64,000 nucleotides of DNA from Ophelia neglecta (Eukaryota), in the NCBI GenBank assembly GCA_965285935.1, contig OZ260666.1:12896001-12960000 (forward strand), read 5' to 3'. This document shows positions 41,401 through 51,500 of this stretch, one piece after another. How positions within the stretch are numbered: the first letter of the stretch is position 1; every line of letters begins with the position of its first letter. The notes under the pieces were generated by a model that was not told where the DNA came from, searched no databases, and saw only the letters and a program-made list of their open reading frames with translations. Both the position numbers and the translations under genes were made by a program.

Positions 41401-42726
41401 TTAAAGCTGACATGGTGTGCATTATAATGGTAGTGCCACCTGGTGTTCGCTGATGGTAGCAACCCAATGGGTATGACTTGAAATTATTGCCATGGTCCCT
41501 AGGTGAGAATGGGGCGGGGTGTGACTTTTTTTGTTTGAATGTGTGCGGGAGGGAGGGGGGGGGGAGTACAAAGGAATAAGTGCCCAGAAGAAGAGTTGGA
41601 ATACACCCGGTGTTTTATTAATACTGACTGAAGGTGGCTGGGATGCTGGTAGCGGTTATAGGTGTGGCGGGGATGGGGTTGGGGGCTGGGTGGGATGGAG
41701 AGTGGGGATGTTAGTGGGTACTTGAAGTGTTTTCGATGATTCATGGCGACGGATTAAAACAGGCTATAAATACAACTGAAAGGGTCGTGCGTATAGAAGA
41801 AGGGGAACAAAATGGTCAACAATCTCCGACGCAGGCATGTGCAATGATTTCTGGGTATATGGTTGTTTTAAATTATGAAGCTGGATATTGAGCTCTATAC
41901 ATTCAGAGTGTTCCTACTGCTTTCGGGTCTATCTATTGGTTCACTCTTGAATTACCTTAGTGAATTTCTATTTTTCGAGCAATAATTGGAATTAGAAGGC
42001 ATAAAAAGGGATTGGAGATTATGGACGGGTGGCTTGGTAATGTTGAAATAGATCAGGATTACTAAATGACAGGGGCCAAACAGATGAGGGGAATTAAAAC
42101 AGATGGGTAGGATTCGATAATGTTTTTGTCAGAAATACGGCAAATCTCATAGCTCGAGCTGCATTTATGTGTGCATATGGCGCAATAAGTGCCCTTCATA
42201 GCCAGACAAGCATATTTACACTATTTGGAAATGTTATTTATCAGACACAAAACCATTTTCCTTCATTCCCTTTTTTTATTTACTGTATTTGAGAACCACC
42301 CAGTATTGCCATTTGCGTTTTGGAGCGTAAGGAGAAAGAAACCATGTCGAGGAGCAAAAGTAAAAAAATGAAAACTAGGCGCAATGGAGCATTAAAATCT
42401 AGTCAGTACTTTGTTGCCACCCATTAATAACCTTAATATTAGGCAATGTAGTATATCAAATATGGTTTTACAGTAAATATTGATTACGGATATTTAATCT
42501 GCCCATCGGATTGTCCTGTTTGTGACTAAAAATGATATTTTCATATATATGCGTCTCTATTTACATACTTTGTCTAAGGCCATTCATTGTTTTCGTGTAG
42601 AGAGCACGAAACACAGTAATGCTGATCAGCTGAGAGTTGATACAACACAAATATTTGCAATCACCGGTTGAGTTTACCAGCTGAGCCAGGCTTGATTGAT
42701 ATGAAATAATTCCTCTGCCCTAATAT

Positions 42727-43674
42727 AGTCTAAATATGCTTGTCTGGCTATAAAGGGCACTTATTGCGCCATATGCACATATAAATGCAGCTCGAGCAAT
42801 GAGATTCGCCGTAATCCTGACCAAAACATAATCGTATTCTACCCATCTGAATCAATTCCCCTCATTTTGCAGCTTTTTTCCCCTCATACCCGCAAGCATC
42901 ATCCGCTAGTCCCCTGTCATTTAGTTATCCTGATCTGCTCGTCTCCCTAGTTCAACATTTCCAAGTCACCCGTCCATAAATTCCAATCCATTATTATGCT
43001 TTCTAATTCCCAATTAGAGGTCAACAAAACAAGGCATGAATCAAAAGCAGGCATGACACGAGCGTTGCTATCTCTTGCGGGCCGAAGACGCTGACAATTA
43101 ACTGCAAAATTTCAAGCTTTTATGTTTGCCTTCTCATACTCCAACTTCTTTTGCGCTTAACTTTGACCAGATGGCTTTCAGATTAGCATTTAAGTCACCA
43201 GCATGTTTTAAAGATATTTAGTAATTCTTCGGCTCTAAGTAAGCATGGAGTCGCAGAACCTTTTTCTTACAAGGTTTTTTAGTCTTAGGGGAAATCATTG
43301 AGCATGCTCACTTCGGCGACTGATGACACTTTTGCTTGCGAAACTCGTCAAGCAGCCAAAGGCATGTTTGATTGATTGATTGGGGCATTTATTGATTCGT
43401 CATATGCCTATTAACAGAATTTAAAGAAATCACATTAAAACTTATTGTTTTAACTTTGCAACTCATGAATATAATTCAATCTTACTGAGTCAAACGGGAA
43501 CAGAACAACATGTGCTTATATTCCATAAAATACGTCCATTGGCCGACGGCTTGAAATGATAGGATTTTTTCTCAACATTGTTGACTATGAGAACAATGTA
43601 AGAAGCTGTAATGGTAACTTCGCCAAAGCAGGGTATATTAAGGCAGAGGAAGTGTTTTATATCAATCAAGCCTG
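42727..43674 (-). repeat. Inverted segment of the array unit (two inverted pieces joined near 43030)
   Basis: 42727-43030 is the reverse complement of the module seen at 41985-42225 and 49955-50270. 43033-43674 is the reverse complement of 43748-44315. Confidence 0.92.
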
Positions 43675-46600
43675 GTGCTAATCAGCTGAGACTGAGAGTT
43701 GATACCATACCAATATTTGCAATCACCATTTGAGTTTACCAGCTGAGCCAGGCTTGATTGATATGAAATAATTCCTCTGCCCTAATATACCCTGCATTGG
43801 CGAGGTCACCATTACAACTTCTTACATTGTTCTCATAGTCAACAATGTTGAGAAAAAGCCTATTATTTCAAGCCGTCGACCAAAAGACTTAATTTATGGA
43901 ACATAATCACATGTATCATGTAGTTCTGTTCCCATTTGACTCAGTAAGATTGAATTGTATTATTGAGTTGCAAAGTTAAAACAGTTAGTTTTAATGTGAC
44001 TTCTTTAAATTCTATTAATAGGCCATAGACCATAGTGATCATGGTCAATGATTTTCCCTAAGACTAGAAAACCTTGTAAGAATAAAGGCTCTGCGACTCC
44101 ATGCTTACTTAGTGCCGAAGAATTGCTAAATATCTTAAAAACATGCTGGTGGATTAAATGCTAATCTGAAAGCCATTTGGTCAAAGTTAAGCGCAAAGAG
44201 AAGTTGGAGTATGAAAAGGCAAACATAAAGGCTTGAAATTTTGCAGTTAATTGTCAGCGTCTTCGGCCCGCAAGAGATAGCAAAGCTCGTGTCATGCCTG
44301 CTTTTGATTCATGCCACTGTCTTCGGGCTAGGGACATGTTTGAAGATGTAAAATGGCAATATACTATATTCATAGCTGAAAACAGGAGTTTAGACATATT
44401 ATTTTCCTATGAAAACTGCTCCACATTGTTATAACAACGTTTAACGTCCCTCTATTGAATGATTTCAAATAACAAAATGAGGCCAGTTCAATAACAAATT
44501 TACGAACACCATATACTATTGCCATGATATCCATTTACTTGCAATGCTAGCTCACAGTCAATCATATTATGGCTGCGGGATGTGAAATTGATCCGTTGAT
44601 GCCATAAATCAAACAACATATAGCAATGTATCTGTGGCTACGCGCCTCGCAACTGTAGTGTACAAAGATCAGGTTAAGTGGCCAAGTTATCTTCTTTGCG
44701 TACATACAACAACACATTTATTGCGTCAGTACATAATAATGCTTCCCACTGTATTAAGAAAAAGGGCTGTTAAAAATTTGTGGGCAATTTGAGGCCTACA
44801 CAGGGTTCATATGGATTCTGTTAGAAAGCCAGGTACAAGTTAAATTAATTATCACAGTGGTATGAAAGGCTCTCCTTGCACGGGGAGGGCTAACAAAAAG
44901 GTGGCGCAAAAGGAGTCAAAGCTCTTAAACAGTTTCCCGTGTAGTGTTAAGTCTTTTAGCCGGTAATTTAAATGGCCTTAAGGGAGACAGAGACAGATTT
45001 GTGTATTGTAAATGTCTATGGGGTGGGGATGGGTGCAAAATGGGCTATTTATGGTTAAGAGTTTATGTGGTTGTTGCAAGTGGGCAGGGATAGGGAGGGC
45101 GCGGCATTTGGAAATGACTTGAAAGGGAAATCATGGATTACTTGGGGTTTGACCAAGTTATGTAATGACAGTTTGATGCCAAATCGGGTGCTTTCAGGCA
45201 AACAGTAGCAGTTACCTTATAAAAAACAGACCCGGAGCCATGCATCCGAAGGTTTTCTTGTATCTATGTACCTTCGTGATTACGCCAATCTAAAGTAACG
45301 TCGGTCACTAAAACATAACCTTTAATAGATTTCATTCTGGTTTCGTATGCCACAGTCCCGAAATCCAAAACTATAGTACAGTGCCTTAAAGTGACCATTC
45401 CATCTGCATGTACCTCAAAAAAATTGAAACTTCTGTTTCTCTATATAATGCCTTATTGATATATTTCAGTACTTAATTACTAGCATCCCTAATCGCACGT
45501 AGCGTAACTTTGATATGAAAGCGGAAGAGCTTCAGGGACATCCCTGTTACTGGTTCCTAATATATGATTCATGGAAACGGAGGTAAATGCAGACTATTGA
45601 TCTGGATGCCTAGGCCAAAATACTAATAAGGCAAGAGCTCATATGGTGTGCAAAAATATGGTAGGGGTGCGACCGTTTGAGTTAACTTTTGTCAATTCAA
45701 TCCTTTAAAAAATTATTTAATTCGAATTAAATGTGTTGCAAACAAAGGAACACTATGGCTTGTCCCCTTTTAATAAATTTAATTAAAAGCATGCAAATCA
45801 GTAGCATTTTGAATAGGTTTTTTTCTTATCAGGCACTTGAATAAAGTAAACAGAATAATCGATTATTGAAGTTGCGATCGATTAGAAGAGTTGATCGCAA
45901 TTATCACTCAGATTACTATATTCGATGATTGTCCCTTCACTAATGTATCGTACTACCTGTATAATTCAGGCGGCAAATTGTCTTGCACATTTAGGCGTAA
46001 TCAATTCTTGAAAACGCCCCGTATGTTTGCCTGGTAGCAGATAACAAGCCTACGAGCACCACTCACTCTGACTCCTGCAGCAGTAACATTATATAGAAAC
46101 TGGGATATAAGCGTAAAAGCTGCATATTCCGGGCCACAGGGTCTCGGAATTAAAGAATAGATTTAAAACTACGCCGCGGCTTAAATTCGTCAATTTCTTA
46201 GACTCCGATGGCGATTAATATGATCTGAAGCATAAACAGTTCTGCGCCTGTCGATAAAAGCGGCAATACTATTTTTCAAACAGTACGGGTATCCTACTGG
46301 CACCGTTGGGTGTATCTTTTTTGCGTGTATTTCTATGTACATTCGTGATTACCTCAATAAAAAGTACAGTCGGTAACTAACAATATAATATGTAATAGAC
46401 CTATTCTAGTGTCGTATGCCACAGTCACGAAATTCAAAACTAAATTACAGCACCTTAAAATAACCATTCCATCTGCATGTACCTCAAAACATTAGCAAAT
46501 GTTATTTCTCTATGAAATGCCTCGTTGACACAATTAAGTAAGTAATTACTGACATACGTAATCTCTCGTAGCATAACTTTGATATAAAAGCGTTAGAGCT

Positions 46601-48124
46601 TTAGGAAAATCCCTGTTTGTTTATTACTATTATACAGTTCATGAAAACGAAGGTAAATGCAGGTTATTGATAAGTATGCCTAGGCCTATATACTTATTAT
46701 ATATTACTTTAAAGGCTGTTATGCTGTGCATTAAAATGGTAGTGACACCTGGTGTTCGCTGATGGTAGCAACCCAATGGGTATGACATGAAATTATTTTC
46801 ATGATCCCTGGGTTAGAATGGGGCGGGGTATGAGTGTGGGTTAGGATGAGGGGGGGGGGGAGGTTCAAAGTGCAAAGGAATAAGTGCCCAGAGGAAGAGC
46901 TGGGAAACAATGACTGAAGGTGGCTTGGTTGCTGGTAGTGGTGATAGGTGTGGCGGGGATGGGGGTGGGGGCTGGGTGGGATGGGGAGTGGGAATGTAAC
47001 TGGGTACTTGGTGAATTTTCGATGTCTCATGGCGACGGATTAAAATAGGCTATCAATTCAACTAAAAGGTTGTGTGTATAGAAGAAGGGAAACAAAATGG
47101 TCAACAATCTCCGTCACAGGCATGTGCAATGATTTCAGGGTATATTGTTTTAAATTATGAAGCTGGATATTTAGCTGTATACATTCAGCTGAGTGTTCCT
47201 AATGCTTTCCGGCCAATGAAGTTATATGTTCTACTATAGTCAAAACAGTCGTTTTGTGCGGTTTTTGACTTGTCAATATCTGAGTTGAGTTCTGACAATT
47301 TGCATATGGTCTTAAACGGTCGCACGCATTTATCACTCTATATTTCAAGACCACCATTGTCGGATAAGGCTTCTATCTCGCTTTTTGAGGAGCCATCGCC
47401 GGCAACTTGATATGACGTCATTTATACTGTGACGCCGGCCGATTGCATTTGGCGCGAAAATCCCAATAAACGTACTAGTTAGTAAATTTGCGTTTTGTAT
47501 TTTTGTCATGTCCTTATCATGCAATAATATCAGTACAACAGAGTACCCATGCAGAGTACCCGACAGCTCAAAATCCCGAGCCAATTACTATTTTTGCCGG
47601 CGGGGTAGCCTATGCTCAGTATAGTATCGATTGAATCAAAGAATCGGACGTTTAAAATTCAAGATACAATGCTGGGTAAATCGAGACCGGGAAAATATAG
47701 TTAAATGCGGTCTTATTGACTGTTGGTTTTAGATGTGTGAAGTAGCCACTTTGCATAGTAAGACTTTTTTTTTATTTTGCTCATAGTCAACAATGTTACT
47801 AAACATTTAGCTGACGGTTGACAGTTGACAATACACGATATTGTTGGGCGGCAATTATTTATACATCAGTCTGGGATTATTTTAACGTCAAGCGTAAACA
47901 TTTCCTACGCCTGTCAATATCTCCGCTAAAGCGTAAAAAGCGGCAAAATTTTGTTAAAAACAGTTCGGTTATTCTTCTGTCCACACAGCACGGTGTCCGA
48001 GGGGGGGGGGGTGACCGTACGGTGCCTCCGGAGCTGTGTGCACCTCCCCCTCTCCTGCCCCTCCCCATCCGGGCAGGAGAGGGGGAGGTGCACACTTTTA
48101 ATATCAATATCTTAAAGTCACCGG

Positions 48125-48500
48125 ATGACCTTTAGATATCCTAAAGCTTACATGGATTTCCTTAGACGCATCCTCGACGCGGGCAATGCCTACTTAGAGG
48201 CTGTCGAAGAATTGCTAAATATCTTAAAACATGCTGGTGGCTTAAATGCTCACCTAAATGCTATTTGGTCAAAGTTAAGCCTTAAACAGAAGTTCGAGTA
48301 TGGAAAGGCAAACAGAAAAACTTGACATTTATCAATTAATTTTCAGCGGTTTCGGCCAACAAGAGCTAGGAACGTTCGGGTCATGCTTGCTTTTTATTCT
48401 TGTTATAGCTATCGGCTTGCGAAGTGTTTGGCATTGTAACGTGACAATATACTATATTCATAGCTGGAAACAGGATTTTAGACATAATATTTTCCCATAA
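48125..48500 (+). pseudogene. Best-preserved copy of two overlapping small ORFs in the repeat unit (HMG-box-like ORF 48125-48325; hydrophobic ORF 48300-48500); probably a decayed coding remnant
   Basis: WSKLSLKQKFEY resembles the HMG helix-3 pattern WxxLSxxEKxxY. Homologous segments at about 28810, 34930, 39833 and 51745 carry frameshifts or deletions. Confidence 0.3.
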
Positions 48501-51500
48501 AAACTGGTCCTCCTTTTTATAGCAATGTATAACATGCCCCTACTAAATAATTTCAATAAACAAAAGGAAGACATAACATTTCTACGAATTTCATATACTA
48601 TCTCAATGATATAAAAATTTACCTGCAATGCTGACTTAGAGTAAAACATATTTTGGCTGTGGAATGTAAAATTTACTTAGTGAGGTCATAAATCAATGGA
48701 AAGTTTACAACGTATGTCAAGAGTAGCTATGGCAACCAGCCTCGACACTGTAGTGCCCTCGGAACAGGTTAAGTGGCCAATCTATCTTCTTTGAGTACAC
48801 AAAACATGACATTGCGTTAGTCCATGCTAATGCTTCACAGTGTATTATGATAAAGAGCTACCAGCTGCTGAAGGGTGGACAAAGTTATGTAATGTCAGCT
48901 CAATGGCTTGATGCCGAATCGGCGTAGTTTCTGGCTTACAGTAGCAATTTCCAGATAAAAGACTGGCCCGGAGCGATGCATCCGAAGTTCTTTTTGTATC
49001 TATGTACATTCGTGATCACCTCAGTATAAAGTATAGTCGGTAACTAACAATATAATATTTAATAGACCTATTCAAGTGTCGTCTGCCACAGTCCCGAAAT
49101 CCAAAACTAAAATACAGCGCCTTAAATTTACCATTCCATCTGCATGTACCTCAAAACATCAGAAACTGTTATTTCTCTATAAAATGCCTCGTTGACACAA
49201 TTCAGTAAGTAATTACTAAGGTACGTAATCTCTGGTAACATAACTTTGAAATAAAAGCGGTAGAGCTTCAGGAAAATCCCTGTTTATGATTACTATTATA
49301 CAGTTCATGAAAACGGAGGTAAATGCAGGTTATTGATCTGTATGCCTAGGTCTATATACTTATTAGGCAAGAGCTGATATGGTGTGTAATAAAATGGTTG
49401 TGACACCTGGGGTTCGCTTATGGTAGCAACCGAATGGGTATGACTTGAAATTGTTGTCATTGATCCCTGGGTTAGAATGGGGCGGGGTGTGACTGTGTGT
49501 GTTAGCATGTGTGCGGTGTGCATGTGTGCATGTGTACAAAGGAATCAGTGCCCAGAAGAAGAGGGCTGGAAAACACCTTGTGTTTTATTAATACTGACTG
49601 AAGGTGGCTGGGATGCTGGTAGTGGTGATAGGTGTGGCCGGGGATTGGGGTGGGGGCTAGGCGGGTAGGGATGTAACTGAGTACCTGAAGAGTTTTCGAT
49701 GTCTCGTGGCGACGGATTAAAAAAGACTATCAATTCAACTGAAAGGTCGTGCGTCTAGAAAAAAAGGGTCACAAAATGATCAACAATCTCCGACGCAGGC
49801 ATATGCAATGATTTCTGGGTATGTTGTTTTAAATCATAAAGCTAGATACTGAGTTGTGTATTTTCAGCTGAGTGTTCCTATTGCTTTCGGGCCTATGTAA
49901 TGGTTCATTCTTGAATTACCTCGGTGAAGTTGTATTTTCTACTAGGCATTTTCTCCTGTTTTGTTGACCTCTAATTGGGAATTGGAAGGCATAATAATGG
50001 ATTGGAATTTATGGACGGGTGACTTGGTAATGTTAAAATATGGAGACGAGTAGATCAAGATAACTAAATGACAGGGGACTAGCAGATGATGAAAGGCTAA
50101 TGCTTGCGGCTATGAGGGGAAAAGCAAGCTGCAAAATGAGGGGAATTGAAACAGATGGGTAGGATTCGGTAATGTTTTCGTCAGGAATACGGCGAATCTC
50201 GAGCTGAATTTATGTGTGCATATGGCGCAATAAGTGCCCTTCATAGCTAGACAAACATAGTTAGACTATTTGGAAATGTTATTCATGAGTAACAAAACCA
50301 TTCCCCTTCATTTCCCTTTTTATTTACTCTATTATTTGAGAACCATCCAGTATTGTCAATTTTTTGGAGTGTAAGGAGAAAGAAACCATGTCGATGAGCA
50401 CACGTACTACATTATTTAATAAATTTCAGACTCTATCTCGAATGGGGTATTACAAGCAAGGGTCAAATAGCACTCTGTATGAATAATGAAAAATAAATGG
50501 AAACAAGGCGCTTATCCTATTATTGGGCAATGTAGTATATCATATGTGGTATTACAGTAAATATTGGTTATGGATATTTACTCTGCCCTTCGGATTGGCC
50601 TGTTTGTGACTAGAAATACTATTTTCATATATATGCGCCTCTTTTAACATAGACTGTCTACGACCATTCATTGTTTTCGTGTAGAGAGCATGAAACACAG
50701 TGATGCTGATCAGCTGAGAGTTAATACAGTACCTATAGTTGCAATCAGCAGTTGAGTTTACAAGCTGAGCTAGGCTTGATGGATATGAAATACTTCCTCT
50801 GCCCTAATATACCCTGCATTGGCGAGGTTACCATTACAGCTTCGTACATTGTTCTCATAGTCAACAATGTTGAGAAAAAGCCTATCATTTCAAACCGTCG
50901 GCCAATGGACGTAATTTATGGAACATTAACACACGTATCATGTAGGTTTGTTGCCATATGATTCAGTAAGTTTGAATTGTATTCATGAGTTGCAAAGTTA
51001 AAACAATTAGTTTAAATGTGACTTGTTTAAATTCTGTTAATAGGCATATGATGAATCAATAAATGAGCAAATCAATCAATCGATCTATCATTCCAATCAA
51101 ACACGCCTTTGTATACTGGACGAGTTTCGCAAAAGGGTCATCAGTCGCCGGAGTGAGCATGGTCAATGATTTTCCCTAAGACTAAAGAAGCTTGTGAGAA
51201 AAAGGCTCCGCGACTCGGGCCATGCTTACCAAGTGCCGAAGAATTGCTAAATATCTTGAAAAAATGCTGGTGGATTAAATGCTAATCTGAAAGCTATTTG
51301 GTCAAAGTTAAGCCCAAAGAGAAGTTGGAGAATGAGAATGCAAACACAAAAACCTAACATTTTGCAGTTAATTGTCAGCGTCTTCGGCCCGCAAGAGATA
51401 GCAACGTTCGTGTTATGCCTTTTTTGATCCACGCCATTGACATCGGCTTAGGACGTGTTTGACGATGTAACATGGCAATATACTATATTCATACCTGGAA

